A DNA stretch of 62,335 nucleotides, the filler included, from Choristocarpus tenellus KU-1152 (lineage: Eukaryota > Protista > Phaeophyceae): assembly GCA_964200185.2 (NCBI GenBank). It is 9 parts of 9 records of this genome, joined end to end, with 100 filler letters (N's around TTAATTAATTAA, not from the genome) between each part and the next. Parts side by side here need not be neighbours in the genome. Positions count along the whole stretch, not along the records: positions 1 to 4,495 come from CAXNAD020014297.1; positions 4,596 to 18,306 come from CAXNAD020001399.1; 7 more parts are not named here. One strand, given 5' to 3'. Shown here piece after piece: positions 1 through 13,593 of the stretch; within the stretch, counting starts at the first letter, position 1, and every line of letters starts with the position of its first letter. The translations under genes were made by a program, and so were the position numbers. The notes beneath the pieces are model-generated. The model was not told the origin of the DNA and made no database searches. It saw nothing but the letters and a program-made list of their open reading frames with translations.

Positions 1-670
1 GAGGATGAGCTTGACCTAAAATGGACTGGGATAAAGTGTCGATATGTTTTTTTTTGTGTTATGGAGAGGAAGCGCCACAAGATATGTATGCCTTCGTTCT
101 GTAGTGCCAGCATTGGATTAGAGATCATTTCTCCACAGCTACATACCGACGGGATACGGACTGACAACAAACCAACCCTTAAGTTTGGTTGCAAGGTGTA
201 CTCCTTCCTTAAGCAACCTATGAACACAGGTTACGACATTACATGAACAACCCGGTGTACCATGTCAGAGGGTTCGGCCCCCTCGATCACAGCAGAAGTC
301 TATCAGATATATTTAATCTCTGAAAAAATATATCATTGAACCTGCAATTCAGATCCTTCACCAAGTACCCCACCTACGAATACGTGGCAACTTTCCGAGG
401 CGCTCTTCAGCACAAAAAGGGCGTACCGGATCTTGCAAGGTGGATCTTTATCGAAAGACAAGCTATGGACGCCGCATTCATCTTATGTACCATTTACTTC
501 ATGTATCTCCATGGTTACTTTTCCTTCTTTCTTGCCCACACCTAATGTATGCCTGCTACATATCGCCGTCATGCGTAAGGTGGAGAAATGTAAAACTGAA
601 GTAGATAGAGGGGCACAACAAACGGCGATTCCGTTTTCACGAAGTTCTCAAGTCCAAGAACAACTAAACA
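1..670 (+). mobile_element. Degenerate piggyBac-like transposase relic
   Basis: Broken frames give, in order, ...VYSFLKQPMNTGYDI(T/Y)MNN, ATFRGA...KGVPDL, RWIF...AAFILCTIYF and VMRKVEK...TAIP...LNNY. These loosely match the piggyBac DDD transposase blocks (GY.I.MDN.F/YT, GT.R.NR.G.P, W.D...V..LST.H, I..P..I..YN). Stops and frameshifts are present; judged by eye. Confidence 0.4.
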
Positions 671-898
671 ACTATATATATTGCGTGGTTTTTCTTGTGA
701 ATACAAACAGTAATAACGTTTAGTCATCGTCACAGAGATGGAGGAAAGTTGCACACTCTATTTTCAAGCTGTCTCCCTCTTCTCTGGTCTAGTGGTTTCA
801 CAATATTCCATTATTTTTTACATCAGTGTGACTACTCCAGACCTGACTGAAGTTTCTACCCCTTCCTCCTCTCTCGAGCACTGTTCCCTAAGAGGAGT

Positions 899-934
899 TC
901 GTGAACTATTGCAACTCGTGAACTATTGCAACTC
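899..934. repeat. 17-bp tandem duplication (TCGTGAACTATTGCAAC x2)
   Basis: Directly visible exact duplication. Confidence 0.85.
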
Positions 935-3900
935 TTCTAATATTTGCTGCATTTGATTAAGTACCTTTGTCATGCAACTAACTGTAGAGTGTTGTTGCAC
1001 TATCCTTCATACTTCGAGAAGTTAACAGAGTTGTATTATTCTCAACGATGACTGATTGGGGTGGAAAGGGTCAAGTAAACGACAGGTAATTAGGTTTTTC
1101 TTGTTTCGTGTTCTAAGTTAATTTATCTAATCTGTTGCAATTCACTCTTGTTCCTATAGATGATGTGCTAAGATTGACTTGAGAATGTTGGTTTCTGTAT
1201 TGTTAAAAAATTCCCTACATGCATTTCACAAAATATTTATCAGCACCCTTCAATTTGCAACCCCCATATACTCAACTAGAATACTTGGCTCAGTAGGTGT
1301 CACACTCGAGTTGAAATAAAGAGGCAACACGATCCAACCAACGAAAATCACTCAAGAGGATCTCAGAGAGTCAAGAAATCCATGGACGTTGTGACATGGG
1401 GCAGAGGTCTGTTCGACGCCTAATCAACGTGAATTAACAGGACGAACGTCCACAGACACTATCAAGCAGAAATGTGCCACTGGAGGTGTCCATCAGACTC
1501 AGCAAACCTGAGAAACCATTCGCGAGATTCTCGACCTGACATGTCTCACCAGTGTGCTCCTTAGACCTGCTCTCAACACAAATATATTATTTCTTTTGTC
1601 ATTGGTGGTATCACTCATCGGGTTACCTTCTATTGCAGTGTGGTACATCAAACACTGACAGGCAGGTAGGGGGTACAACAATAATTTCGTTTTTTCTTCT
1701 CTTCCACCAATAGAAAAGGTTGTATAATATACTCCGAGTGTATATAATATAAACACACACAACTTTGAGTCAATGGTATGTTTTTGCTGTGAAACATCTC
1801 CTAACCTAAAACAATGCTATCATCGTTATTTACTTTGTATTCTTCTGGGCCACAACGCCAAACAAAGCTTCACTTAATCTTTGCTGGCATCAAATTGATC
1901 AACCATCGCTACCTCTTGGTCTGTGGTGATCGAGCCTTTCCGTGTCTCATGTCGGTGGTCCGTGATCTTGATCTCAATCAAGGAGGTGACAAGTGCAGTG
2001 ACATCATAATTTCCCACTAAACGTTGGTGTACGTTTCTCCAGCAATACCTTCAGCCCCTCCTACTCTATCCCTTGTGTCAATTACTCTTGAGTAGAGCTC
2101 TCCCTCGTTGATCAATCCTTCCTCTCAGTTTCCCTGAGAAAGGTAAAAAAAGATATGAATCGCTTTTCTTGGATTGGAGACGAAATGGGGCTTGGACACC
2201 ACAACTCGCTCAATCATGTAGTTACATATAACAATAGTATTCATAGTATTGATAGTATGATACTTAGAAGTGGAAGAGATGTGAAAGCACGAAAAAAATG
2301 CCACAGTGGCACAATGAATCTGTAGGGGAGAAGCCCGATATATTGATACGTTGATACATTGATTATAGATGCTTTGAACGCCTGAAAATCATACACACCT
2401 TCACTTCATTGCGTGTTGAGATGTCTCAAAAAATAAAAAATGGGACTACAATGATACTTTGAACTCTTTTTTATATCCCTCATTCCTGCACTTTGATATT
2501 GGTATGATACAACAAGGCAGTTTTGGTTCATGCTGAAGGCAAACGACTCCATTGTATACTTTGCCTGCAGTCCAGTATAATCAATTCATAGGCCTTTGGT
2601 AATGTCATCCATAGCGTAGAGGGGAGTTAAAATAGGGTTAATTTGTTCCTCGCGTTGGGTTAGGGTATCTGTCTTATTGCAGTGGTGTCTCTGATTAGAT
2701 ATTTTGACCGCAACAATATAGAGGTTAGTATGATAGTGGTGTGATGGGAGCCGAAAGTGGGAATGGGAAGTAAAATATTGACTTTAGTCTCATCCTTCAT
2801 TGATCGATCGACTGACAAACTCCAGTTCGATAATGCGAGGATGTTCGGGTCCATGTCACAAAATAAAAAAGGTAGAGCAGGAAGAAGAAGCTGTGTACTA
2901 CTACTGCCAATAGAAATGGAAGAAAAAATGAGCAATTCAAGTACCAGGACCAAAAATGTGTAAAAGGGAGATTTCAAAGAGAAAATGTCAAACATGGTGA
3001 ATGATAAAAAGGCCCAACAATCACTCATATTCAAATATGTACTACCTACTACATAAAGAGGGGCAACAGATCTAACGAGGGTCATCGATCCACTCAGAGT
3101 CTCACATCAAAGAACCAAGTTCAGCTCTCGATACATCCAACAACTACAAACACACGGATAAGTAGATAACGCACAGGAAGTGCCGAGCGAGGAGGGATCC
3201 TAGGGTCAGGGCCCGTCCATTCTCTACCCAAAGCTCTCAGCAGGTGGTCACATGCGTGTGGCCACTTTTGTACCGTAACATGACCATCAAAAGTACTCTT
3301 GAGACACGAGGCCCACTTTGAGGGATCCATCCAGAGTGAAAATAGTGATATATTTAACAGAGAAATATTCAAAACTTGAGCAATACAACAATAAAATGTA
3401 GATAAAGCTTTTCTGTGCTTTTGGGAGCGCTGTAAGAGATGTGGGACAAATGAGAAAACTAAAAATATGAGAGCATTTTGCCTGAAAGTCCCAAATCACA
3501 ACACTTTATTCAAATTTTGTGCCATTTTTGGAAATATTAGATTTGAGCAAGACCAATGGAGAGCTGGGCAGGATTGCATTTTAAGGATCCCAAGAAATTA
3601 CAGAAAAAAGGGCGAAAAGACACCATCTTGTACAATTCCAGGAATACCATTTACTGAATTGTGGTGTCACATCGTGCATCGAAAAGGGAAATATCATTTT
3701 TTCATACACCATTGTACACATATAGCAGTGTATTGCAAAGGGCAAGAAAGGTGACTTAGAGTGCATAAGAGTCCAAACCTGCCTACCTCTCGACCGGTTT
3801 GGTTCACTTCTTCTCATACTGTCTACTATAACTAACCTTACCCTATGACCAATTGTACTGACTCTTTCCGTGCCTTGGTTTTTGTTCATTGGGTTTAGTA

Positions 3901-4435
3901 ATCGAACTACTCACTGCTCTGTGCCCTCCCTCGAATCTTGTGCTAGACTAGCCACGGTGTTATCACCTTGATCATGGTCAAATATTTCTTGTATAGTATA
4001 GGAATATATAGGATATAGTAGTCCAGGTGTAATACGAACAATCTGTTGTGCTTGTCATGTCGAATTTAACAATCGAAATTATATCCGTCAAAAGAGATCT
4101 GGTCTTAATGGGGTTTCAGCAAAGATCAAGGAAGGAACATCGTCTTTAACCACAGAGTCACGAGGACGCCCAAACGGTCACGGGGTTTTATCTTACCTCA
4201 CCTCCTTACTCCACTCATGTTGCCTCTATGGCAAGGGAAGGCCACCCCACCTAATTGTTATGTTCTGACTAGGAGTATACGACCAGAGGATTCAAACAAT
4301 GTGTTGGAAGTACAGGATTTTTTTGTCGCGTAGACTATCTTTTTTTGTTTTTTTCCTATATTAAGAAGCAAGTCGCTTGTATTTGGGAGAGTAATATACC
4401 CATCTCTAGTCCATTTTTCAATTTCAGGTACATAT

Positions 4436-4667
4436 GACTCAAAGTATCTGGGAGGGGGTGGCGGCTGTCCATTTGGGGTCAATTTTTTCATGTCGNNNNN
4501 NNNNNNNNNNNNNNNNNNNNNNNNNNNNNNNNNNNNNNNTTAATTAATTAANNNNNNNNNNNNNNNNNNNNNNNNNNNNNNNNNNNNNNNNNNNNAGAAC
4601 CCATGGGAAGCCAAGCCCCAAATGGACAAACAGGGCAAAACTCGTACTCTCTAAGATACTTTCACTC
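4436..4667. mobile_element. MITE copy spanning assembly gap (subfamily B left end + subfamily A right end)
   Basis: Left of gap: GACTCAAAGTATCTGGGAGGGGGTGGCGGCTGTCCATTTGGGGTC. Right of gap: AGAACCCATGGGAAGCC...CTCTAAGATACTTTCACTC. Both parts match the two ends of the intact composite at 38542-38807. Confidence 0.8.
4496..4595. other. Artificial contig spacer (44N + TTAATTAATTAA + 44N)
   Basis: Identical 100-nt structure recurs at 18307-18406, 23391-23490, 30397-30496, 39218-39317, 43639-43738, 46709-46808 and 51765-51864. TTAATTAATTAA gives stops in all six frames. Confidence 0.97.
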
Positions 4668-4844
4668 ATCACAAAATTTTGGTGTAAGGATAAGGATGAA
4701 GAGACTGATTGGGATTTGTAGTGGTATTTTTGTCCAAAGAAACATGTAGAGCGACCAATAAAGAGAGGAACAGCCTCAAAGTTTATTGTACATGAACCTA
4801 CAGGAATGTCAATGTCAATGTCAATGTCAATGTGTTGGCTACAG

Positions 4845-5344
4845 TCAAGTTTTCCAAGCCTCTCTGGTTGCTCATTGCCATTCTCAGACAAAGCAGGAAC
4901 TGTTTGAGATTCTGCGTTCACTTGAGGCTGTTCCTGGTGTACCAATTGAGACTGGGAGTGAGCTGAAGACACCCCTTGGTTTCCAACCTCCTGAGGAAGA
5001 TGAGGACATGCAAGATGCAGACCAAAGGCCATCCAGTGAGTTTTCGCCTTCTCAAGTTCCTATAACGCGCATTTTGAAGTGGTTGGTGATATTCACCAAT
5101 CTGTAAGAAAAAATCATGTTTTGTTTCTTTATTTCTTGCATGTTGTTATATTGCTGAAGCAGTTGGAGAGTAGGGTTGAGGACTATTAGTGGTAGTGAAA
5201 CAAAATTACTGACACTGAGTAACCCCCTCTTGACTGACACTGACAGTAACCTTCTCTTGACTGACTGTTCTTTGACGGGTTTTTTGCTCCTCTTATTGAC
5301 TATGGTCCGCAGATGATGGAAGAAGGGAGCACCCTGCAGAGCAG
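4845..5344 (+). CDS. Internal exons of a hypothetical protein (partial)
   Basis: Two phase-compatible AG/GT-bounded exons: 4845-5035 (QVFQASLVAHCHSQTKQELFEILRSLEAVPG...EEDEDMQDADQRPS) and 5313-5344 (NDGRREHPAEQ). No recognisable domain. Confidence 0.4.
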
Positions 5345-5749
5345 GTGGGTGTAAATTCCTTGAGCGGGCCTATGTTCCTGGAGCAACCAAAGAATGAAGT
5401 TCCCTGATTAGAGTAGTGGGGTTTTGTTGTGCCAAGAGACCAAAGGGACTTCATGGGAGACAGTCGCACTTGCCCGCCCTTCAGGCCCATTCCAGTGCAT
5501 CCTACCACTCCTCCCAGTTGCCGGATTGTGGTATCTACAAATTTGTGATACATATGTATCAAGAACTGGAGGAGCTTCTGGACATTATCCATTATCATAG
5601 TGATTTATTTCCTCTGCCTTGCATCATGTACAAACCAACAATGGCAGCACCAGGCTTGTGTGTTATGATCCTACTTCATGGGCTGGCACTGACCTATGCC
5701 TCCCCAAATGCAAGGGGGTGACTTCCAGTGAGTAGAGCTGAACTAGAGA

Positions 5750-6800
5750 TTGTGGTAGGGTTGCCAAAATGCAGTTGTTGGGATATTCAATTTGGTTAGA
5801 TGTGTGCAAGTGAGAATAGTGAATCTTGCTAGTATCATTTATACACTGAATTATGCTTGACGTGTGATTCTAAAAGGTAAGATCAATTTTGCACAACCGT
5901 TGCTGTTGTATCGCCATGAGGTTATGAACTAGTGGGTTACACCAGCATTTGTAGAGGATTAATGTAGACAAATAGCAGCAGGGCTGTACCTACTGAAAAC
6001 TGACAGAATTGCCAATTCACAAATTGACCCCAGAGTCAGACTTGTAGCAAAGGGCAGACTAGGTTAGTGCTCGAATAGATTGTGATATCAGTAGAGGTCA
6101 CTATGCCAAGCCAAAGGAAGGATAGTACGGATGATCTAGGGTGGTGTATGTATGCAATAGGGTGTTAGGGCTACTCTCTGTGGTATGACTCCTTCATTCC
6201 GAGTACTTTGTGGTGTATGTATGAAGTGTGGACATGTCACATTTGCCCTGTGCCTGGCATTGTGTGTGTGATAGTTGCTGGACACACTTGCGCCAAGACA
6301 AAGCTACCCCATCCACAACTCTGGGTGCAACTAGGTCTACCAAAGCTCCACCACTTTCTAAGGAGAGACCACATGGGAAAGTACATACTATTTTTTTTGA
6401 ACAGGGAGTAAGTGGCAACAGGGAGGTTTGTTTGCTGATGCTTTGTAAGAGGGAGAATACTACTGGGCAAGGTTTTAATCCCATTAAATTGGAGAGTTGA
6501 ACCCTTCACAGCTTTTGGGACTGGTACAGGAGAGGTGATAGTGGTGAAAGGGTTTGGCAATTGGAGTGGGCTTGGACATTGCACCCAGGTGGCAAGAGTG
6601 GGAAGAGAACCAGTGTTGCCATTATCAACCTTCATGTTATGAATTGTACCGGTCATGACCATAGACCAACAATAGGTTCATTACACCAGGTTTGATATGT
6701 GGACCAAGCTGTATGGTGCTTCATGCAACACCTAGTTGTCTCTCATTGAGCACAACATTTTTGTGAACCATCCTGTATTAGAGGGACTTTTCTTAGGTCC
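5750..6800 (+). mobile_element. Highly degenerate Copia-like gag/protease relic
   Basis: Fragments such as WTCHIC and TAFGTGTGEVIVVKGFG resemble a zinc knuckle and the Copia post-protease segment. No open frame; almost no CpG. Weak. Confidence 0.25.
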
Positions 6801-9572
6801 TTTTTAGTATAGAGGGTGTTAGTACCTTTTCACTGACTCCCCATTCTCATACCTGAAAGGCTGTGAACTCCTCATAGCCTGTGACTGCATAGAGTAAGAT
6901 CAAGCTCATCCAAATATGTGCGAAATCACCCTCCACAATACTGGTAGGAGCACATGTACCCAAAGTCAATATTTAACACCCTCCTCTAAGTAAGGACAAC
7001 TCGACCCCAGATGTACAGTTACCAGACATTCTGCAACACATTGGGTACTAGCTAGACTCTTCACTTATGGAACAAGTCTATAACAAAAAGTACAGATTTG
7101 TTTTAGGCTGTTCGAGGAAATAGTATGATTTGGTGGCAGTTTCAGGTGATGAAAGTTCTCAAGATATGGTGTTGAGTTTTGTCTAATGGAACCTATTTTA
7201 CTTCTTACTACTGCCTCTGTTCAGAATCAGCACATGGGGCAAGCTGTAAAATACAGGAGGTATCATATTTCCATTATTTCTTGTGAGGGCCTTATAAATT
7301 CCATACTGACCTTGCTCCAAAATCTCAGCAAAATCCGACTTACCTACTCTACACCACCCAACGTGAAGCTGCAAGAAATGATTCTGAGATGCTTGTTTTT
7401 TCTGCCTCCAGATTTTTTTGAACTGATGATGCTGAGCAGAGGAAATATATGTAATATTAATAGATAATATGGGGTAAGGTCCAGAGCAAAGCATTGTTCA
7501 CATCACATGTCATGGTACAAAATCTAAGGGGAAGTATGAGGCAAGCATATCCCTAGTACAGAGTGGATGGTACAGCGGAACCCACTCACTGCACACTACA
7601 CTCCATCTAAGTTGTAGTGAAATGAAATACCTGGTGTTATTTAACTGACCATTTCCTACTACTAACCTGTGGTTGTACATATGATCAGTAAAGACTTGGT
7701 ACGAGTTGCAGAAAATAATTTCAAACACAGGGTTTCACGAAGTATCTGTTGAAATGGACAAAAGCAACTTGAAATCGGTAGTCTCAGGCAGGAAATAAAA
7801 CAAAGGTGGACAATACATTCCTGTAGGTTCGCAACAGCAAAGTATACATACAAAAGAATCTGCCTCCTCTACTTACACATGCATCTTGCTTTGATTTTGG
7901 GTAGTATCTGTTACCACTACCTGAACACTCAGATCATGACAAAGATGAACTAGGTGGGTTAATCCTCCCTTTTGAACCATCAAAAGCAATGTGGATTGAG
8001 TGTGTGTAATGGTGTGTGGGGTGTTTTTTAATCCTTTAGGATACGTACTGAAAATCAGGTGGGAACTGTGTTTCAAAATAAATGTCCGTGGTCATGATTT
8101 TTCGTTTTGTGTTTGATGTTCACTTCAATAAGTGAAATTTGTTGTGCTGTTGAGTTTTTCTCATCTTTTTTTTTGTGTGTGTGTGGTCCTTTGCTGCCCA
8201 GTCATTGCTCTGGGAGTGAGAGACATGAGAGGTGTGAAAATTGTACATAATATATATACTACGTAGTGTATGTCTGTGCGGCATGATCAGTGTGGCCTTT
8301 GCACACAAGGGAGAGCGACTCAATGACAAGTGGTGTTGGAGTTGTGGGATGGGTGCCCATTTGTTCTATGATAATAATGTGTGGCGTTGAGTGTCTTGCA
8401 ACCAATGATAATGAGACCCTGCTGCCGTTTTTGACTCTTTGCTGCATGACCACCTTACTCATGACTTGCTTGGGTGTACTGGGTGTACAACTACTCCACA
8501 AAAAAGAGCTCGCATCGCAATTATCTTGTTCTAGTACCACAGCAATCGTACAACATTGTGATTATAACACAGGGCGTGAAGATGGTGAACAGAGATTCTA
8601 TGCTGGAGATGGGTCCAAAAGTAGTGCACTACTGTAGAGAGAGCTGCTTAGAATGTACAAGGTGCAACACCTTGGGAGCAAACACGAGAGTCAGGACCTG
8701 AAACGTGAGACGGCAAATACATGCAAAATTCAGAAGAGAATAGCTAATGGTGATGGGGTAAAGTCAATTGGAGCTGGACCAATCAATGAGTCATACCGTC
8801 TAAAAAGAGTACATAAATGCCTTGTCCAAGTCCAAATGTCATGTGCTGTGACTACTGGGTCAATGAGCGAACAAACACCACCTTACCAGATTATCCAGAA
8901 TATGCTATCGGATTACATACATAGTAGGGTTGACATTTAGAGTTTGATTCTCTCATCTGTTTGATACAATTGCAAGCAGTTCCAATCTGGAGTCCAGGTG
9001 CTCACCACAGCTTTAGGAGCATAAAGCTATAGTTGAACAGTGTAAGAATGAAGTGACATGGTGTGAAACCTATTCAGTATCCAGTATCAAGGCATAATAA
9101 GACTGCACAACTTTGATGATATGGTGGAATGCATGACAACAGGCTAGTCCAGAAATATTGTCAGCGAGATTGGTGCGGTGAGAGTAATCAGGGTTTGAAC
9201 TCCTCTTACACAAGAGCACACTATAGGTTGATGAACGTAAGTCCCCTAATGTCCATGAGGACACACTTCATAGTGGTAAACCACATATGGATTGGAAGGT
9301 GTGAAACACATCAGTCATACTGTAGTAGTATGTACGCATCATTCCCAACTCGTAGTATACTACATGCCTCCAGAATGCACCATTATAGCCCCAAACTGTC
9401 CTCAAGCAAGGCCCACACAGTGCAAACATCAAAATACATTTCCTGGCTGAACTTTGCAACCCACACTGACCAGAGATAATATTGTTTTTGTATGTTGACA
9501 ATGAAGAGCCTATCAAATTAACATAAAACTGAGAACACAAATACTACTTCCCAATGTGATCTACTTTGAAGA

Positions 9573-12500
9573 TCACTCCTTTTCCTCTTTTCGGCTTAGC
9601 TCACGGATTAACACAGGAACTGAAGTTGGAGGTAGAAATCCAAATTCTGTGATGACCACTGTGACATACTTGATGGGTGTCAGGTCGTATCGCAGGTTCA
9701 GGAGCTTGAGGCTGTGGTAGTGAAAGGAGGGGAGGAAAGGGAATTGAGTGCACAAAAAAAATGGTCAGTGAAGTTAAATATGCAACAATAACAAAAGATG
9801 CATTTATGTATTGGATGATAACTGCATCTGTTCATCTTGCAAAAAGATGACAAGAGGTCTATAGACAGTGACCCCACCCCCCGCCCAAAGTATCCTGCTT
9901 ACAGGACTCCATTGCCTCGATTTGAAGGGTTCGAATCAAGTGTCCAATGCACTTCAAATCAACTGGGGTGGTGCATAACAACCTCTTAACCATCCCACAT
10001 GCAGTCACAACAAGAGCATTCACTTAATAGTCATGTCCGCAATATAATACACTCAGAAAATACTAATCCATGGCATTTGAATATGAAGTCCAACAAAAAA
10101 AGATTTGGGAGCTATTCCATCCTCACCATGGCAAGGCATTGTACTCCTCCAGCTCATTATTGTCTGGTGACAGCAGCTGCTCTGGATCACCAAGCTCATT
10201 ATACACAATTGAATCAAGCTGCACACGCTCACAAAACTGTGTCAATGGTCCATGTTATCATCATGGTGCAGGTATTCAGTAGAAGAAGGGGGATGCTTCA
10301 GACTCTCACATTTTCTGGAACATTTAAGGGAGAGCCAAGATTAACCTTCAAAACACTAGAATGTAGTATTGTTGTCTCACCTTGTAAGTCTCACAGCAGA
10401 ACATGATGGGAAGGTTATGTGAACGAGCCATCATGGCCACCACAGCCTGCACCATTCGCCAGGATATTCAGGCAATTCATAAATTTCAAGTCAGCGAGGG
10501 ACTGGAAGGAACCCACTGTATACAGCAGTTGACTGGGACAGAATTTCGATGCCAACAAGATCCCTATCCCACCACTGAAATAAAAATGAATGGGCGCACT
10601 TTCAAGTCACAAGCCCTCACCGTTCCAACACGTGAAAGCACAGCTCCATTTGACATCATAGCAGAGGCACCTAGAAGTACTTTAGTCACCTCCTGATAAG
10701 AGCAGTAGCAAACAAGTAATAAATGATATATTCCACATCCAGAGGTGTTCATGGCGTATCCCTCCTATGAAGGTCAGCAAAGTAAACAAATATATACCTA
10801 TGTAGTAGTAGTACTAACCATAGGGCAAAAAATAACCTATAATCTATTTCATTTACAATACTCAACTCGACTACATTCACCCACAACTATCTGTTCGAGA
10901 AACAGGGACTATTCATTTGATGCTATTGTCACAGACTATGCAGAGTCTTAACCTGGTGCTGAAGTATCAAAAATCCATACGTGAAAAACATATCAGAGAT
11001 TGAACCTTTAGCCTCCCATGCCCAATATCTTAAGAAACCATACAATAACCACCACCACGATCCATCAAGACTTGAACTTGTGATACCTTCAAGTATTCCA
11101 TCATTGCAAATACATGTGCTGACAATCACTTCAACATTACATTAATACTCCTATGGTACTGATTCAAAATAAGATTGTTGTACAAGTTTGCTCTAAACAT
11201 TTTCAATACCTACCCTCATGATGTAGGATATAGCAGTGAGCAGAATATATGTACAGGGGACACCCGCTGCAGTCAGTCGGTCTACCATTTGTCTCCCCTC
11301 CATAGCTGGATGTGAATCCACTACTATGACACGAAAAGAGCCTTTCTTTTGCTGCTGAGCACTCACAAGGATGCTCTCCACTAAAGATGACCTGGATTGT
11401 GAGGGACAGGTAGGTAAGCAAACCACGAGTCCTCATGTTTCCTTCACTGGATAACAGCTCCAAATGACCCCAAGGAGGAAAGACCAAGAAATCTGAAACT
11501 CAACATCTGTGCCACTTACTGGAGAAGGTAATTAGATGGAAATGATAGAGTGATAGGCAACAGGCAGGGTGTTGGCTGTCCACAATTATGTACGAACCTT
11601 CCATAGGTGAGAATTACATCTCCATCCCTTATCTTGGTGATTGCATTCTTGCCAATTTCTGCAGCTGCCAGGGTTACTCGTGTGTTTATAAACTCATTGA
11701 TCTTGTCAATGATACCTGCCTTAGCATCCTCCTCATTTAGAGCTGGTGGGGACTTTGCTATCACATTTCGAAGAGCCTGGTTGGTAAGGCAAGTAATGAA
11801 CAGAATTATTAAATATGGTGTTGAAACTAAAATCATTCTGAGTGTGAGCTACTGTTATTTGTACCCAAAGCAAGGGAGTCTCCTAAAAAAGAAAGACACC
11901 ATAGAAAGCTTCTTACTCTCCTCACTACAAAAACTACATAAAGGATAACCATATCCTAGCACACGCCAACACTGTGTTGCACCTCACCTTGATTGCATTA
12001 CCCATGCTGACTGAGTGGGGTCGGCAGTCGATGAGGAATTGGATCATGGGACGCAAACTCTTGTCCAGGTCCCAGCTCAGTATCTGCTCAGTTCCATGGG
12101 AAGTGGGATCAGTAATTGTGTTACTAACGCGGTCTAAAACATAGGGAGCACTACAGTTCCTGGAGGGCGACTTTAAGAACCGTTAAACTACCTTGTCCTC
12201 AAGTTCGCCTTATGCTTGTGTCTCTTCAACTTTCCAACACACCTTATCTGGGGGTGTTTTATAGTCCATGACCACAATCTTGAAAGCCACAAGCATAGCA
12301 ACTGCTCTTGCTGTTGCTCCAGTCACTTCTCCACTAGCATATTTCTCACCCAAGGCGACAATAGCAGGGTGGACCTCTCCCTGGCACCGATATCATGTCA
12401 TATTGTCAAGGAAGAACATTCACTCTCTAAGGTTCTGCTCATTTGAGGGTGTGATGTACAAGGTTTTTAAATGCCGCATGGAGGAGAATCTTGATACAAG

Positions 12501-13297
12501 AAGTACAGCCTCCCTGCACCTATAGCACGAATGACTCGATGCTCACAGACCTTGGAAGCAACTGGAAGCACTCCTTTCTTGTGATCCCCCAAATGAGAAA
12601 ACATCGGAACAGTCTTCCCCACGTCTCGCTGGCCAGCTTGTAATCGCTTCTGGATGTGACGTGTGTGGAGGTTGGCGGATTGCTTATGGCATAATCTTTA
12701 TTGACGCACTAAAATCTTGCGGGCCTGTCCACAAGTCACAGGTACGTGTTGAACAAGTTCACGATTGGCAAAAAAATCACAGGAAGCCCTTATAGCATTG
12801 CGGCAACTGCCATCAAGTGTTGGAGGAATATAGCGGCCAAGGCAACCAAGGGAATGGTGGAGATCATCAAGCACATACGCACAAGAAGTTCTTGAAAACT
12901 TACCTGCCCCCCCGCTTTACCATGCCCTGCCGTTCCTGGCAGAGCAGAAGGCAATTGTCTAGTCCCTCCCGATGAAGCCTTGACAGCACCCACAGCTGCT
13001 CCACTAGAGCCTTGACCTCCCTGACCCGATGCCTTCTCCAATCTCTTTGCTGCTTTAGCGGCGGTTTGTCTCTCCTGCAGCTCCCTTCGTTCTGCTTTGG
13101 TGAGTTTGGGCTTTGGAGGGTGGTCTGTGTTTTGACAGTAGCCGCAGGAAAATAATGTAAAATTTAGAGACGAGAAAAGCTGGGAGAGGAAAATTCAAAC
13201 ATATATAGAGAACCTCCCAAATACCCTTGCCCGTACCTTGATGATGATTTCCCGCTGCTGGTATCACAGGAGTGGATTTTGCCTCAGACTCTTCCAT
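9573..13297 (-). CDS. EIF2B4: Translation initiation factor eIF2B subunit delta (about 11 exons)
   Basis: Ordered GT-AG exons encode KLTKAERRELQERQ, KTVPMFSHL, EVHPAIVALG...[114 protein letters not shown] and LLNLRYDLTP...VITEFGFLPPTSVPVLIRE. All are characteristic eIF2B-delta blocks. Confidence 0.95.
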
Positions 13298-13593
13298 GAC
13301 GATTGAGGAACGAGATTTGACACTTCAAGGTGGCAGTACTCGTGGTTGTGGAGGGGAAGACAGCGCTACTCTTACAGATCGAGGGAGATGACAACCACAC
13401 ACAATAGGGTGGGGCTACTCATGTACTGGTGGAGACCAAAGGAGAAAGATAGATGAGGACAATCCACACAACCTCTAACAACCTTCCTTCATTTTGTATT
13501 ATATACCCCGCCTTCGAAGTTTAAGAAAAGTGTCTTCGCATCAATACAACCAACACAACACCCACCTATAGTGCTGATATTCACACCTGAGGA
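13298..13593. promoter_or_regulatory. Probable bidirectional promoter between eIF2B delta and PEN-2
   Basis: Divergent ATGs at 13297 (-) and 13594 (+) are separated by only 296 bp. Promoter function is inferred from geometry. Confidence 0.6.

Noticed and set aside
4540-4551. TTAATTAATTAA as a biological motif or piggyBac TTAA site
   Set aside because: Always centred within fixed-length N runs; it is a synthetic linker.
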